Part shown: one piece after another, positions 13,466-24,789 of the stretch
Numbering within the stretch: the first letter of the stretch is position 1
Layout: each line of letters starts with the position of its first letter
Assembly (NCBI GenBank): GCA_019454165.1
Contig: CP075367.1
Coordinates: forward strand, 1,278,805 to 1,342,804
Source of the DNA: Anaerolineales bacterium
GTDB lineage: Bacteria > Chloroflexota > Anaerolineae > Anaerolineales > UBA11579
Direction of reading: 5' to 3'
DNA length: 64,000 bases
Translations under genes and position numbers: made by a program
The notes under the pieces: generated by a model
Told to the model about the DNA's origin: nothing
What the model saw: only the letters and a program-made list of their open reading frames with translations
Database searches by the model: none

Positions 13466-14304
13466 TGGCTGTTAAAACCTACAAGCCTACTACCCCCGGT
13501 CGTCGTGGGGCCAGCGGCTACACATTTGACGAGATCACCAAGTCAAAGCCTGAGCGCTCGCTGCTGGCCAAGAAGACCAAGAGCGGCGGCCGCAATGTGC
13601 GCGGCAAGATCACCGTGCGCCACCGTGGCGGCGGCCATCGCCAGCGCCTGCGCATTGTGGACTTCCGCCGCGACAAGCACGACATCCCCGCCAAGGTGGC
13701 CGGCATCGAGTACGACCCGAACCGCACCGCCTACTTGGCGCTGCTGCACTACGCCGATGGCGAGAAGCGCTACATCCTGGCGCCGCTCGGCCTCAAGGCC
13801 GGTGACAGCGTGGTGACCGGGCCGAACGCCGATATCCGCGTGGGCAATGCGTTGCCGCTGGCGAACATCCCCACCGGTACGATCGTGCACAACATCGAGA
13901 TCAAAGAGGGCAAGGGCGGCCAGTTGGTGCGCTCGGCCGGCTCTGGCGCGCAGATCGCCGCCAAAGAGGGCGAGTATGCCCAGATCCGCATGCCCTCGGG
14001 TGAAGTGCGCCTGGTAGGGCAGAACTGCTACGCCACCATTGGCCAGTTGGGCAATGTTGACCACGGCAACGTTAAGCTGGGCAAGGCCGGCCGCAAGCGC
14101 CACCGCGGCATCCGCCCCACGGTGCGTGGCTCTGCCATGACCCCGCGTGACCATCCCCACGGTGGTGGTGAAGGCCGCCAACCGATCGGTATGGCTGGCC
14201 CCAAGAGCCCGTGGGGCAAACCTACTCTGGGTAAGAAGACCCGTCGCAACAAGCGCACGGACAAGTTCATTTTGCGTGGCCGCGCCAAGAGCAAGCGCCG
14301 CTAA
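13465..14304 (+). CDS. rplB: 50S ribosomal protein L2
   Basis: 279 aa with [17 protein letters not shown]. Confidence 0.99.
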   Translation: MAVKTYKPTTPGRRGASGYTFDEITKSKPERSLLAKKTKSGGRNVRGKITVRHRGGGHRQRLRIVDFRRDKHDIPAKVAGIEYDPNRTAYLALLHYADGEKRYILAPLGLKAGDSVVTGPNADIRVGNALPLANIPTGTIVHNIEIKEGKGGQLVRSAGSGAQIAAKEGEYAQIRMPSGEVRLVGQNCYATIGQLGNVDHGNVKLGKAGRKRHRGIRPTVRGSAMTPRDHPHGGGEGRQPIGMAGPKSPWGKPTLGKKTRRNKRTDKFILRGRAKSKRR

Positions 14305-14321
14305 CGGCTGGAGACTTTATT

Positions 14322-14603
14322 ATGGGACGTTCACTTAAAAAAGGGCCGTTTGTTGAGCCGAAGCTTCTGAAGAAGATCGAGGCCATGAACGAGCGCAAAG
14401 AGAAGAAAGTAATCCGCACCTGGAGCCGTGCGAGCCAGATCTTCCCGCAGATGGTGGGTCACACCATCGCGGTGCATGATGGCCGCCGCCATGTGCCGAT
14501 CTATATCACCGAGAACATGGTGGGGCACCGCCTGGGCGAATTTGCGCCCACGCGCACGTTCCGCGGCCATGTTAACGAGAAAGCCTCGGATTCCGGAAGG
14601 TAA
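14322..14603 (+). CDS. rpsS: 30S ribosomal protein S19
   Basis: 93 aa with [10 protein letters not shown] and [27 protein letters not shown]. Confidence 0.98.
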   Translation: MGRSLKKGPFVEPKLLKKIEAMNERKEKKVIRTWSRASQIFPQMVGHTIAVHDGRRHVPIYITENMVGHRLGEFAPTRTFRGHVNEKASDSGR

Positions 14604-14606
14604 GGC

Positions 14607-15008
14607 ATGGCTGACTTTCAAGCAACCCTGAGCAATACCTCCGTCTCGGCGCAGAAGATGCGCCTGGTGGTGGACCTGGTGCGCGGCAAGAGCGCCCAGC
14701 AGGCGGTCAATATCCTCACCTTCACCCCCAGCAAGGCGGCCCAGCCGCTGTTGAAGCTGGTGAAGTCTGCCGTGGCCAACGCCGCCAAGAACCAGGGCGT
14801 GGCCATCGAGGAGCTGTATGTGCACGCCATCAGCGCTGACGAGGCGCCCACCCGCAAGTGGCGCCGCTTCGGCGCCCGCGGCCGCTTCAAGCCCGTGTTC
14901 CGCCGCACCTCTCACGTAACCGTGACGCTGCGCCAGCGCGACGCCGCCCCGGCCGCGCAAACCACTGCCCCCGCCGCCCGCAAGACCGCGGCCAAGGCCG
15001 AGAAGTAG
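14607..15008 (+). CDS. rplV: 50S ribosomal protein L22 (with an Ala/Pro/Lys-rich C-terminal tail)
   Basis: 133 aa with the L22 core SAQKMRLVVDLVRGKSAQQAVNIL...FRRTSHVTVTL. Confidence 0.97.
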   Translation: MADFQATLSNTSVSAQKMRLVVDLVRGKSAQQAVNILTFTPSKAAQPLLKLVKSAVANAAKNQGVAIEELYVHAISADEAPTRKWRRFGARGRFKPVFRRTSHVTVTLRQRDAAPAAQTTAPAARKTAAKAEK

Positions 15009-15017
15009 GAGACGTAG

Positions 15018-15695
15018 ATGGGTCGTAAAGTAGATCCGCGAGGCTTCCGCCTCAAGATTAATAAGACCTGGGACGGCCGCTGGTTTGCCGAGGGCAAAGA
15101 CTATGTGGACCGCCTGCACCAGGATTTTGCCATTCGCAAGATGGTGCAGAACAAGGCACCGCGCGCCGGCATCTCCAAGGTGGAGGTTGAGCGTTTCCCG
15201 GGCAGTGTGAAGATCTCCGTGCACACCGCCAAGCCGGGCATTTTGATCGGCAAGAAGGGCGAGAGCGTCAAGGAATTGCGCAAGTCGCTGGAGGCCCTGG
15301 TGGGCATGAAGATCGAGCTCGACATCAAAGAGATCAAGCAGCCCGATCTGGATGCCAAGCTGATCGCCGTCAACATTGCTGACCAGCTGGAGCGCCGCAT
15401 CAGCTACCGCCGCGCCATCAACCGTGCGCTGCAGCAGACCATGCGGGCCGGCGCCGGCGGTATCAAGGTGGAAGTGGCCGGCCGCCTGGGCGGCTCGGAC
15501 ATGTCTCGCCGTATTTGGATGCGCGAGGGCCGCGTGCCCCTGCACACCCTGCGGGCTGACATTGACTACGCCGTAGCCGAGGCGCACACGCAGTACAGCT
15601 CCATCGGCATCAAGGTGTGGGTGTACCGCGGCGAAGGCAAGGCCGAAACCGAGGCTGAACCCGAGGCCACCGAAGGCGTGTACGTCAGCGAATAG
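15018..15695 (+). CDS. rpsC: 30S ribosomal protein S3
   Basis: 225 aa with GRKVDPRGFRL and a KH domain (GILIGKKGE). Confidence 0.98.
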   Translation: MGRKVDPRGFRLKINKTWDGRWFAEGKDYVDRLHQDFAIRKMVQNKAPRAGISKVEVERFPGSVKISVHTAKPGILIGKKGESVKELRKSLEALVGMKIELDIKEIKQPDLDAKLIAVNIADQLERRISYRRAINRALQQTMRAGAGGIKVEVAGRLGGSDMSRRIWMREGRVPLHTLRADIDYAVAEAHTQYSSIGIKVWVYRGEGKAETEAEPEATEGVYVSE

Positions 15696-15722
15696 CTGGC
15701 GACAAGGAATTAGGACAAGAAT

Positions 15723-16145
15723 ATGTTGCAACCAAAACGTTTCAAGTTCCCCAAGATGCACCGTGGCCGCATGCGTGGCAAAGCCAGCCGCGGCGCTGAA
15801 GTGCATTTTGGCGAGTTCGGCCTGCAGGCGCTGGAGCCGCATTGGATCTCCAGCCGCCAGCTCGAAGCCTGCCGCCGCGCCATTGTGCGTGAGGCCCGCC
15901 GCCGCGGTAAGGTGTGGACGCGTGTCTTCCCTGACAAACCGATCACCAAGCGCGCCGCCGAGACCCGTATGGGTAAGGGTAAGGGCAGTGTGGAGTTTTA
16001 CGCCGCCGTCGTGCGCCCTGGCACGGTGCTGTTCGAAGTAGCCGGTATGCCGCCTGAGGTCGCCACCCGCGCCCTGGAGCTGGCCGCCGCCAAGCTGCCG
16101 ATCCGCACCAAGATCATCAAGCGCATCGAATTCCTGAGCGAGTAG
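15723..16145 (+). CDS. rplP: 50S ribosomal protein L16
   Basis: 140 aa with [19 protein letters not shown]. Confidence 0.98.
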   Translation: MLQPKRFKFPKMHRGRMRGKASRGAEVHFGEFGLQALEPHWISSRQLEACRRAIVREARRRGKVWTRVFPDKPITKRAAETRMGKGKGSVEFYAAVVRPGTVLFEVAGMPPEVATRALELAAAKLPIRTKIIKRIEFLSE

Positions 16146-16150
16146 TTGAT

Positions 16151-16393
16151 ATGGCTAAAGCAACCAAAGCAGCAGACCTGCGCAAACTGACCAACCAGCA
16201 GCTCGTCGAGCAGATCGACGAAGCCCGTGAGCAACTGATGCGCATGCGCTTTCAGAAAGCCACCGGCGAGCTGAAGGACCAAAATGCACCGCGCGCCCAG
16301 CGCCGCAAGATCGCCCAGTTGATGACGATCCTGAACGAAAAGGGCGCTGCGCCGGCTCCGGCTGGCGACAAAAAGACAGAAGGTGAAGCATGA
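16151..16393 (+). CDS. rpmC: 50S ribosomal protein L29
   Basis: 80 aa. The LRKLTNQQLVEQIDEAREQLMRMRFQ pattern and position support the call. Confidence 0.95.
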   Translation: MAKATKAADLRKLTNQQLVEQIDEAREQLMRMRFQKATGELKDQNAPRAQRRKIAQLMTILNEKGAAPAPAGDKKTEGEA

Positions 16394-16650
16394 ACAAGCG
16401 CCGCCAAATTGAAGGCGTAGTGACCAGCAACAAAATGAACAAGACCGTGGTCGTGCGCACTACCCGCAGCTTCCGCCACCCCGTATACGGTAAAGTGGTG
16501 GAGGCGCAGCACAAGCTGGTGGCCCATGATGAGTTGGGCTGCAAGATCGGCGACACCGTGCGTGTCATCGAAAGCCGCCCGATCTCCAAGACCAAGCGCT
16601 GGGTGGTGGTTGAGATCATCAACAGCTCGGTCAAAGAAGAGGTTGTGTAA
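16390..16650 (+). CDS. rpsQ: 30S ribosomal protein S17
   Basis: 86 aa with [16 protein letters not shown]...HDE...[18 protein letters not shown]. Confidence 0.97.
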   Translation: MNKRRQIEGVVTSNKMNKTVVVRTTRSFRHPVYGKVVEAQHKLVAHDELGCKIGDTVRVIESRPISKTKRWVVVEIINSSVKEEVV

Positions 16651-17021
16651 TGATCCAGCACGAAACTCGTCTGAGCGTGGCCGATAACACCGGCGCGCGT
16701 GAGCTGCTGGTGATGCACATTGTGGGCAGCACCCGCCGCCGCTACGCCAGCATTGGCGACATTGTGGTGGGCACGGTGAAGAGCGCCATCCCGGCCGGCG
16801 CGGTGAAGAAGAGCGAAGTGGTGCGCGCCGTGATTGTGCGCATCTCCAAGGAATGGCGCCGTGAAGACGGCTCCTACATTCGCTTTGATGACAACGCCGC
16901 CGTGATCCTGGAGGGCACCACCACCAACCCCAAGGGCACCCGCATCTTCGGGCCGGTTGCCCGTGAATTACGCGATAAGGGCTTCATGCGCATTGTTTCC
17001 CTGGCGCCGGAAGTTCTGTAG
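16650..17021 (+). CDS. rplN: 50S ribosomal protein L14
   Basis: 123 aa with [18 protein letters not shown]. Confidence 0.98.
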   Translation: MIQHETRLSVADNTGARELLVMHIVGSTRRRYASIGDIVVGTVKSAIPAGAVKKSEVVRAVIVRISKEWRREDGSYIRFDDNAAVILEGTTTNPKGTRIFGPVARELRDKGFMRIVSLAPEVL

Positions 17022-17030
17022 GAGAGCAGC

Positions 17031-17369
17031 GTGAACATTAAGCTCAAGATCCGCAAGGGCGATACGGTGGAAGTGGTCACCGGCAAAGAGGTTGACAAGG
17101 GCAAGCGTGCCGAAGTCATCCGCGTGCTGCCGAAGACCAACCGCCTGGTCGTCCAGGGCGTGAACATTCGCAAGCGCCACCAGCGCGCCACCCAGCAGGG
17201 CGGCCGCCAGGTCAGCGCCAGCATTGTGGAATTCGAGGGCCCGCTCTCGATCTCCAACGTGATGCTGGTCTGCCCGGCCTGCAGCAAGCCGGCCCGGGTG
17301 GGTTTCAAGCGGGATGACAAGGGCGTGGCCCACCGCGTGTGCAAGAACTGTGGTAAGGATATCGACTAA
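17031..17369 (+). CDS. rplX: 50S ribosomal protein L24
   Basis: 112 aa with a GTG start. A KOW motif ([20 protein letters not shown]) is present. Confidence 0.96.
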   Translation: MNIKLKIRKGDTVEVVTGKEVDKGKRAEVIRVLPKTNRLVVQGVNIRKRHQRATQQGGRQVSASIVEFEGPLSISNVMLVCPACSKPARVGFKRDDKGVAHRVCKNCGKDID

Positions 17370-17405
17370 GCCCAAAAGGGCATAGTTTGATCTAGGAGTA
17401 ATTGA

Positions 17406-17954
17406 ATGGCTCATTATTTGAAAGAGCGGTACACGAAAGAGGTCAGCCCGGCCCTGTTAAAGGCGCTGGGGCTCGACAACGTGATGCAAGTGCCGCGCAT
17501 TGAAAAGATCGTCTTGAACATCGGCCTGGGCAAGTCCAAGGACGATTCCAAGGCGCTGGATGGGGCGGTAAGCGACCTCACCATCATCACCGGCCAAAAG
17601 CCGTTGGTGACCAAGGCTCGCAAGGATATTGCGAACTTTGCGCTGCGTGCCGGCCGCGCCATTGGCGCCAAGGTGACCCTGCGCGGCGACCGCATGTGGT
17701 CGTTCTACGACCGCCTGGTCAACATTGCGCTGCCGCGCATGCGTGACTTCCGCGGTGTGTCGCCGGACGCCTTTGACGGCCGTGGCAACTACACCTTGGG
17801 TCTGACGGAGCAGCTGATCTTCCCTGAGATCCAGTACGACAATATTGAACAAGTGCGCGGCCTGGAAGTGACGATCGTGACCAGCGCCCGTAACGACGAC
17901 GAAGGCCGCGCTCTGCTGCAGTTGATGGGCATGCCCTTCAAGAAGGAAGGCTAG
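17406..17954 (+). CDS. rplE: 50S ribosomal protein L5
   Basis: 182 aa with [16 protein letters not shown]...[11 protein letters not shown]. Confidence 0.98.
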   Translation: MAHYLKERYTKEVSPALLKALGLDNVMQVPRIEKIVLNIGLGKSKDDSKALDGAVSDLTIITGQKPLVTKARKDIANFALRAGRAIGAKVTLRGDRMWSFYDRLVNIALPRMRDFRGVSPDAFDGRGNYTLGLTEQLIFPEIQYDNIEQVRGLEVTIVTSARNDDEGRALLQLMGMPFKKEG

Positions 17955-17957
17955 ACA

Positions 17958-18140
17958 ATGGCCAAAAAATCAATCATTACGCGCGAAACGCGTCGCAAGT
18001 TCGCCAACCAGGTGCGCAACCGCTGCAAAGTGTGTGGCCGCCCGCGTGGTTACATGCGCCGCTTCGGCTTGTGCCGCATTTGCTTCCGCCAGTACGCACT
18101 GGAAGGCAAAATCCCCGGTGTGGTGAAGGCGTCTTGGTAG
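17958..18140 (+). CDS. rpsN: 30S ribosomal protein S14, zinc-binding type Z
   Basis: 60 aa. [20 protein letters not shown] carries two CxxC pairs. Confidence 0.97.
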   Translation: MAKKSIITRETRRKFANQVRNRCKVCGRPRGYMRRFGLCRICFRQYALEGKIPGVVKASW

Positions 18141-18156
18141 GCGCGGAGGAACGATC

Positions 18157-18564
18157 ATGGCAATGAATGACCCGATCTCCGATATGCTCACTCGCATCCG
18201 CAATGGCGTGATGGCCGGCCATGCCCTGGTGGGCATGCCCAGCTCTCGCCTCAAGGCGGCTATTGCGGGCATCCTCAAAGAAGAAGGTTTCATTGAGGAC
18301 TTTGAAATTGTAGAAGACGGCCCGTTCAAGGTGCTGCGCATCCAGCTGAAGTATGTGGGTGAGCGCCGTGAGCGCCGCCCCGTCATTTCCGGCCTGGAGC
18401 GCGTCAGCAGCCCTGGCCGCCGCATCTATGCCAAGCGCAGTGAGATCCCCTGGGTGCTGTCTGGCCTGGGTACGGCCATCCTCTCCACGCCCAAGGGCGT
18501 GATGAGTGGCCGCCGCGCACGCCAGATGGGCGTGGGTGGTGAGATCCTGTGCAAGGTCTGGTAA
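18157..18564 (+). CDS. rpsH: 30S ribosomal protein S8
   Basis: 135 aa with [13 protein letters not shown]. Confidence 0.98.
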   Translation: MAMNDPISDMLTRIRNGVMAGHALVGMPSSRLKAAIAGILKEEGFIEDFEIVEDGPFKVLRIQLKYVGERRERRPVISGLERVSSPGRRIYAKRSEIPWVLSGLGTAILSTPKGVMSGRRARQMGVGGEILCKVW

Positions 18565-18592
18565 GCAGGCTCGCAGGTTTGGAGGTTTATAC

Positions 18593-19141
18593 GTGTCTAG
18601 AGTAGGACGTTTGCCAATTGAGATCCCTTCCGGTGTGGAAGTGAGCATCAATGGCTCAACAATTAAAGTAAAGGGCCCCAAGGGCGAGCTTTCGCATACC
18701 TTCCCGGCTGAGATCAGCTTCGAGAAGGACGGCAGCAACCTTGAGGTCAAGCGCAACAGCGAAGAGAAGTTCGGCCGCAGCATCCATGGCACCGCCCGGG
18801 CGGTGGTGAACAACATGGTGGTTGGCACCAGCCAGGGCTTCACCAAGACGCTGGAAGTGCAGGGCGTGGGCTACCGTGCCGAGGTTAAGGGCAAGAACCT
18901 GGTCCTGCATGTTGGCTATTCCAACCCGGTGGAAGTGGAGCCGCCTGCGGGCATCTCCTACGCCACTGCGGAAGGCGGCCAGATCATTATTAGTGGGCAC
19001 GACAAGGTGCTGGTGGGTGAGACTGCCGCCCGCATCCGCAAGGTGCGTCCGCCCGAGCCGTACAAAGGCAAGGGTATTCGCTACCAGGGCGAGTTTGTGC
19101 GCCTCAAGGCTGGTAAGGCTGCTAAGGCTGCCTCCGGATAA
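18593..19141 (+). CDS. rplF: 50S ribosomal protein L6
   Basis: The GTG start sits 7 nt after GGAGG and gives VSRVGRLPIEIPSGVEV..., the canonical L6 N-terminus. Track ORF 18506..19141 begins inside rpsH. Confidence 0.96.
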   Translation: MSRVGRLPIEIPSGVEVSINGSTIKVKGPKGELSHTFPAEISFEKDGSNLEVKRNSEEKFGRSIHGTARAVVNNMVVGTSQGFTKTLEVQGVGYRAEVKGKNLVLHVGYSNPVEVEPPAGISYATAEGGQIIISGHDKVLVGETAARIRKVRPPEPYKGKGIRYQGEFVRLKAGKAAKAASG

Positions 19142-19156
19142 GGTTGAGAACGAGAT

Positions 19157-19522
19157 ATGGCAACTAAAACACGAGCACAATCCCGTCAGAAGCGCCACAA
19201 GCGTGTGCGCGGCAAGATCAGCGGCACCGCGGCGCGCCCGCGTCTCAATGTGTTCCGCAGCCTGAGCGGCATTTACGTTCAGCTGATCGATGATGTGGCC
19301 GGCCACACCCTGTTGTCGGCCTCCAGCATCGATGGCGAGCTGCGCGGCACGCTGAAGGGCAAGAACAAGACGGACCAGGCCCGCATGGTAGGCGAGGCGG
19401 TGGCCAAGCGCGCTGTCGCCAAGGGCATCAAGCAAGTGGTGATGGACCGCGGCGGTTTCCGCTACGCGGGCCGCATCAAAGCCCTGGCCGAAGGCGCCCG
19501 CAAGGAAGGTCTTGAATTTTAG
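19157..19522 (+). CDS. rplR: 50S ribosomal protein L18
   Basis: 121 aa with [20 protein letters not shown]...[23 protein letters not shown]-like sequence. Confidence 0.97.
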   Translation: MATKTRAQSRQKRHKRVRGKISGTAARPRLNVFRSLSGIYVQLIDDVAGHTLLSASSIDGELRGTLKGKNKTDQARMVGEAVAKRAVAKGIKQVVMDRGGFRYAGRIKALAEGARKEGLEF

Positions 19523-19563
19523 GCTCGCCTGCCGCGAACCTGGAATTCAAGTAGGAGAAACCT

Positions 19564-20125
<562 letters not shown>

Positions 20126-20136
<11 letters not shown>

Positions 20137-20323
20137 AGGCACTGGCAAAAAGATCAAGATCACGCTGGTGCGCAGCCCCATCGGGGCCACGGAGCGCCAC
20201 AAGCGCACCGTGAAGGCCCTGGGCCTGCGCAAGATGCACCAGAGCGTAGTGGCAGAGGACAACGCCACTGTGCGCGGCATGGTGAACAGCGTTACGCATT
20301 TATTGAAAGTGGAAGAGGCGTAA
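20126..20323 (+). CDS. rpmD: 50S ribosomal protein L30
   Basis: 65 aa with [26 protein letters not shown]. Confidence 0.95.
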
Positions 20324-20326
20324 GCG

Positions 20327-20800
20327 ATGAAGCTTCACGAACTTAAGCCCAACCCGGGCAAGATCACCCGCCGCACCCGTGTGGGCCGCGGCACTGGCTC
20401 CGGCAGCGGCAAGACGTCTGGCCGCGGCACCAAGGGCCAGGGCGCGCGCACCGGTGGTGGGGCTGGCCCGTACCATCAGGGCGGCAACCTGCCGTTCTTC
20501 CGCCGCTTGCCGTTCAAGCGCGGTTTCAACAAGCCGTTCCAGGTGACCTACAACGAGATCAACCTGGACCAGCTGGCCAACTTCAAGGACAACAGCGAGG
20601 TCACGCCGGACACCCTGCGTGCCGCCCGCCTGCTGCCCAAGACCAACCGTCCCATCGTATTGCTGGGCCGCGGTGAAGTGAAGGCCGCCCTCAAGGTGAG
20701 CGTGCACCGCGCCACTGCGTCCGCCAAGGCCAAGATCGAGAAGGCCGGCGGCAGCATCACCATCCTGCCGATGAAGGGCTCTGAGGAGACCGCTAAATGA
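20327..20800 (+). CDS. rplO: 50S ribosomal protein L15
   Basis: 157 aa with MKLHELKPNPG...GRGTGSGSGKTSGRGTKGQ. Confidence 0.97.
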   Translation: MKLHELKPNPGKITRRTRVGRGTGSGSGKTSGRGTKGQGARTGGGAGPYHQGGNLPFFRRLPFKRGFNKPFQVTYNEINLDQLANFKDNSEVTPDTLRAARLLPKTNRPIVLLGRGEVKAALKVSVHRATASAKAKIEKAGGSITILPMKGSEETAK

Positions 20801-22143
20801 AACGTGGCGCCTGGCGTTATCTCTGGACCGCTCCAGACATTCGCCGCAAGCTGCTGATCACGCTGGCGATCCTGATCCTGTATCGCTTCGTGGCCCACAT
20901 CCCCGTTCCAGGCGTAGACCGTGACCTGATCGCTCAGTTCATGGCGCAGGGCGGGGCGGGCAGCACGCTGGTGGGTCTGATCGACCTCATCTCCGGTGGT
21001 ACGCTGCTGCAGTTCTCTGTGCTGGCCATGGGTGTGTACCCGTACATCACCGCCCAGATCATTTTGCAGCTGCTCATGCCGCTCATCCCTGCGCTGCAGA
21101 AGCGTATGGAAGAGGACCCGCGTGAGGGCCGCAAGTTCATGGAGCGCTGGACCTACTATCTGGCTGTGCCGATGGCTATTCTCAGCGCGGTGGGCCAGAT
21201 CAACATCTTCTCCACCCTGGCGGGTGGGGCGGTCATCCAGGGCTTCGGCTTTGGTGAGGGCCAGCTGTTGCGCTCGGCCACCATCATCATCAGTATGACC
21301 GCTGGCACCATGTTCGCCATCTGGCTGGGTGAGCTGATCTCTGAGTACGGTATCCGCAATCAGGGTCTCTCGCTCATCATCTTCGCCGGCATCATCTCGC
21401 GCATCCCGGGCAACTTTGCCTCGCTGCTGGAGAACCAGGCGGCCGGCTGGGTGTCTGTGCTGGCGATCGTGCTCATCATGATCATCACGATCTTCGTGAT
21501 CGTGTATGTGCAGCAGGGCCGCCGCAATGTGCCGGTGATGTACCCGGGCCGCCGTATGGGCAATCGCATGTCCATGCCGGTCAAGGGCACCCTGCCGCTC
21601 ATGGTCAATATGTCCGGCATGATCCCGCTCATCTTCGCCCAGGCTATTTTGCAGCTGCCCTCCATTTTGGCCAGCTTCTTTGCCAACTCCACCACGCCGT
21701 GGGTGGCCAGCCTGTCCAATACACTCACCACGTTCTTTAATCCGGCTGGCCCTGGGTACTGGACCATGTACTTCATCATGGTGGTGGGTTTTGCCTTCTT
21801 CTATACAGACGTGCTGTTCGCCCAGCAGAACTATGGCGAGAACCTGAAGCGGGTTGGCGCCCAGATCCCTGGCGTCAACCGCGGCGCTCCCACCCAGCGC
21901 TATCTCACGTCTGTGCTGCGCCGCATCACCTTGCCCGGCGCGGTGTTCCTGGGTGTTGTGGCCATTCTGCCCTTCCTGATGACGCTGGCCATGCCGTTCC
22001 TGGCGACCGGCGGCGGTCAGGGCATGTTCCTGGTGAGCGCGTCTGGCTTGCTCATCATGGTGGGCACCATTCGCGAAGCCTTCTTCAACATCGATGCTGA
22101 GTTGAAGTTGCACGGATACGAAGAGTCGCTGCTGGTTCGGTAA
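20797..22143 (+). CDS. secY: Preprotein translocase subunit SecY
   Basis: 448 aa, polytopic. LFSGGTL-like (ISGGTLLQFSVLAMGVYPYITAQIILQLL) and LNFAGVIP-like motifs are present. It is in the canonical spc operon position. Confidence 0.98.
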   Translation: MKRGAWRYLWTAPDIRRKLLITLAILILYRFVAHIPVPGVDRDLIAQFMAQGGAGSTLVGLIDLISGGTLLQFSVLAMGVYPYITAQIILQLLMPLIPALQKRMEEDPREGRKFMERWTYYLAVPMAILSAVGQINIFSTLAGGAVIQGFGFGEGQLLRSATIIISMTAGTMFAIWLGELISEYGIRNQGLSLIIFAGIISRIPGNFASLLENQAAGWVSVLAIVLIMIITIFVIVYVQQGRRNVPVMYPGRRMGNRMSMPVKGTLPLMVNMSGMIPLIFAQAILQLPSILASFFANSTTPWVASLSNTLTTFFNPAGPGYWTMYFIMVVGFAFFYTDVLFAQQNYGENLKRVGAQIPGVNRGAPTQRYLTSVLRRITLPGAVFLGVVAILPFLMTLAMPFLATGGGQGMFLVSASGLLIMVGTIREAFFNIDAELKLHGYEESLLVR

Positions 22144-22163
22144 GCGAAGCTAGCGAGGGCTAA

Positions 22164-22823
22164 GTGCCGGTTTATGTAGTTTTGCTGGGGCCGCCGGGTG
22201 CGGGGAAGGGCACCCAGGCAGGCATCGTGGCCAAGGCCACGGGGTTGGTGCATATCTCCTCTGGAGATCTGTTCCGAGAGCACATTAAAAACCAAACGGA
22301 CTTGGGCAAGCAGGTTGACGCCATTTTGAAGCGCGGCGACCTGGTGCCCGATGATGTCACCATCGCCATGATCCGTGAGCGGCTGACCCAGCCGGACTGC
22401 GCCAACGGCGCCATCCTGGATGGCTTCCCGCGCACCCCCGCGCAGGCGCAGGCCCTCAACGGCATGCTGGCGGAGTTCGGCGGCAAGGTGGACGTAGTGC
22501 CCTACATCCAGGTGGAGCAGGCAGAGCTGATCGACAGGCTGTCTGGCCGCTGGGTGTGCCGGGCGCAGGGCCACGTGTACAACGCCACCTCCAACCCGCC
22601 CAAAACTATGGGCGTGTGTGATCTGGACGGCTCTGAGCTGTACCAGCGCGATGATGACAAACGAGAGACAGTAGAAAAGCGCATCCGCGTCTACTTTGAG
22701 CAGACCGCCCCGTTGATCGAGCACTACCGCGGCGAAGGCCGCCTGGTGGACATCAACGGGGCGCAGGAAATTGCCCAGGTGACGGAGGATCTGCTGAAGG
22801 CGCTGCCGGAGCAGGCCAAATGA
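22164..22823 (+). CDS. adk: Adenylate kinase
   Basis: 219 aa with a GTG start. The P-loop GPPGAGKGTQ and DGFPRT are present. Confidence 0.97.
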   Translation: MPVYVVLLGPPGAGKGTQAGIVAKATGLVHISSGDLFREHIKNQTDLGKQVDAILKRGDLVPDDVTIAMIRERLTQPDCANGAILDGFPRTPAQAQALNGMLAEFGGKVDVVPYIQVEQAELIDRLSGRWVCRAQGHVYNATSNPPKTMGVCDLDGSELYQRDDDKRETVEKRIRVYFEQTAPLIEHYRGEGRLVDINGAQEIAQVTEDLLKALPEQAK

Positions 22824-23590
22824 GCTGGGAGCGCAATATTGTGCTCAAAACTCCGGCTGAGCTTGAAGTGATGCGCAAGGCGGGGCGCATCAATGCGATG
22901 GCGCTGGCAGAGGTAGCCAAGAACGTACGCCCGGGGATCACCACCGGCCAGCTCGACAAGATCGCCGAGCAGCTGATACGAGACCACGGGGCCACCCCGG
23001 CGTTCCTGAATTACCCCGGGCCGTACCCGTACCCGGCCACGCTGAACACCAGTGTGAACGAGGAGCTGGTGCACGGCTTGCCGGGCAAGCGTGAACTGCG
23101 AGAGGGCGACATCCTCTCGGTGGATTGCGGCACCGTCTACGAAGGCTTTGTGGGCGACTCCGCGTTCAGCATGGGCATCGGCGAGGTTTCGGCCGAGGCG
23201 CAGAAGCTGATGGATGTTACGCAGGAATCCCTGCGGCTGGGCATTGCCCAGATGATCCCCGGCAACCATGTGGGGGATGTGTCTGCGGCAGTGCAGGAGC
23301 ATGTGGAAGCGCACGGTTACCATGTGCCGCGCGAATACACAGGCCACGGGGTGGGGCGCAAGATGCACGAAGGCCCGCAAGTACCCAACTATGGGGTGCG
23401 CGGGCAAGGCATTCTGCTGCGCCCGGGGATGACCATCGCCCTGGAACCGATGGTGCTGGTGGGCACGCACCGCACACGGGTCTTGAAAGACCAGTGGACG
23501 GTGGTCTCCGCCGATGGCTCGCTGACCGCTCATTTTGAGCACAGCGTGGCCGTGACCGAAGACGGTCCGTTGGTGTTGACAGCCCTCTAG
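22820..23590 (+). CDS. map: Type I methionine aminopeptidase
   Basis: 256 aa with VHGLPG, DCG..Y.G..GD, HGVGR..HE and EHSV metal-ligand blocks. Confidence 0.97.
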   Translation: MSWERNIVLKTPAELEVMRKAGRINAMALAEVAKNVRPGITTGQLDKIAEQLIRDHGATPAFLNYPGPYPYPATLNTSVNEELVHGLPGKRELREGDILSVDCGTVYEGFVGDSAFSMGIGEVSAEAQKLMDVTQESLRLGIAQMIPGNHVGDVSAAVQEHVEAHGYHVPREYTGHGVGRKMHEGPQVPNYGVRGQGILLRPGMTIALEPMVLVGTHRTRVLKDQWTVVSADGSLTAHFEHSVAVTEDGPLVLTAL

Positions 23591-23606
23591 CGTGCGTAGC
23601 ACACGC

Positions 23607-23635
23607 TAGACGGATGAGAAAAGCAAGGATATAAT
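23607..23635 (+). promoter_or_regulatory. Candidate internal promoter for the rpmJ-rpsM-rpsK-rpoA-rplQ unit
   Basis: TAGACG (23607-23612), a 17-nt spacer, then TATAAT (23630-23635). It is preceded by the hairpin AGCGTG..CACGCT at the end of map. Confidence 0.4.
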
Positions 23636-23704
23636 CACGCGTTCGCCCAGACGCATGCCGCCAGACTTTGGCGGCTAAAGGCTGGGCTGCAGGAGTAATT
23701 TGCA

Positions 23705-23818
23705 ATGAAAGTAACCGCATCGATCAAGAAACGCTGCGCCAACTGCAAGGTTGTGAAGCGCAAGGGCAAGCTGTATGTCATTTGCAGCAACCCCAAACAC
23801 AAGCAGCGACAAGGTTAA
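23705..23818 (+). CDS. rpmJ: 50S ribosomal protein L36 (zinc-ribbon type)
   Basis: Not in the ORF track because it is too short. The ATG at 23705 translates to [37 protein letters not shown], ending at TAA 23816-23818. The C-x2-C-x12-C-x5-H pattern is present. Confidence 0.95.
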   Translation: MKVTASIKKRCANCKVVKRKGKLYVICSNPKHKQRQG

Positions 23819-23823
23819 GGTGA

Positions 23824-24216
23824 ATGATGGCACGCATTGAAGGCGTAGATCTGCCGCGCGACAAGCGCGTTGAATACGGGCTGACCTATATTTACGGCAT
23901 CGGCCTGAATACCTCTCAGCGCATTTTGTCTGAGCTGGAAATCAATCCTGACACGCGCGTGAAGGACCTCTCCGAAGGGGATGTCAGCAAGCTGCGTGAA
24001 TACATCACCAAGAACCTGAAGGTGGAAGGTGACCTGCGCCGTGAGGTGCAGCTGAACATCAAGCGCCTGATGGAAATTGGCAGCTACCGCGGCCTGCGCC
24101 ACCGCCGCGGCCTGCCCGTGCGCGGCCAGCGCACCCGCACCAATTCCCGCACCCGCAAGGGCCCGGCCAAGACTGTGGCCGGTCGTGGCCGCCGCCGTGG
24201 CGCCACCAAGAAGTAA
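23824..24216 (+). CDS. rpsM: 30S ribosomal protein S13
   Basis: 130 aa with [25 protein letters not shown]. The start may be the second ATG at 23827. Confidence 0.97.
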   Translation: MMARIEGVDLPRDKRVEYGLTYIYGIGLNTSQRILSELEINPDTRVKDLSEGDVSKLREYITKNLKVEGDLRREVQLNIKRLMEIGSYRGLRHRRGLPVRGQRTRTNSRTRKGPAKTVAGRGRRRGATKK

Positions 24217-24237
24217 GCGCCAGGAGAGTGAACTGAT

Positions 24238-24687
24238 ATGGCTAACGAAAAAGACACCAACCCCCAGGCCACTGAAGGCGCCTCTGAGCCGAAGGAGAAG
24301 CGCGCCGCGCGTTCTTCCTCCAAGAAGGGCAAGCGTGCCAGCGTTCTCACCGGCCAGATCCATATTTTTGCTTCGTTCAACAACACCATCGTCACTGTGA
24401 CCGATGGTCAGGGCAACACCATCTCGTGGGCCAGCGCCGGCCTGGTGGGCTTCAAGGGCTCTCGCAAGAGCACGCCCTTCGCCTCCCGCCTGGCAACTGA
24501 GCGCGCCGTCAAGGCCGCTCAGGACCTGGGCATGCAGGAAGTCGAGCTCTACGTGAAAGGCCCCGGCCCCGGCCGCGAATCGGCCGTGCGCGCCGTGCAG
24601 ACCATGGGCATGCGCGTGCGCTCCATCTCGGACGTGACCCCGCTGCCGCACAACGGCTGCCGCCCGCCGAAGCGCCGCAGAATGTAA
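24238..24687 (+). CDS. rpsK: 30S ribosomal protein S11 (with a long N-terminal extension)
   Basis: 149 aa with the S11 core [26 protein letters not shown] and [19 protein letters not shown]. Confidence 0.97.
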   Translation: MANEKDTNPQATEGASEPKEKRAARSSSKKGKRASVLTGQIHIFASFNNTIVTVTDGQGNTISWASAGLVGFKGSRKSTPFASRLATERAVKAAQDLGMQEVELYVKGPGPGRESAVRAVQTMGMRVRSISDVTPLPHNGCRPPKRRRM

Positions 24688-24789
24688 TTAAACGCAGTAG
24701 ACCCGCCGCAAGGCGGGTGGCTGCGTAGAACTCAACCGGGTGGCTGCGCTGTGAAGCGCCATCCACATGGCTGGGGAAGGAATGAAACT

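Noticed and set aside
14900-16393. Ala/Pro/Lys-rich tails on L22, L29, S3 and S11 as possible frameshifts or fusions.
   Set aside because: The reading frames are continuous, and such low-complexity extensions on ribosomal proteins are common in high-GC lineages. I see no evidence of error or novelty.
22530-22640. Adenylate kinase LID zinc site looks degenerate (C-x2-Q ... C-x2-D instead of four Cys).
   Set aside because: Partial or absent zinc ligands in the Adk LID are a well-known natural variation, so this is not noteworthy by itself.
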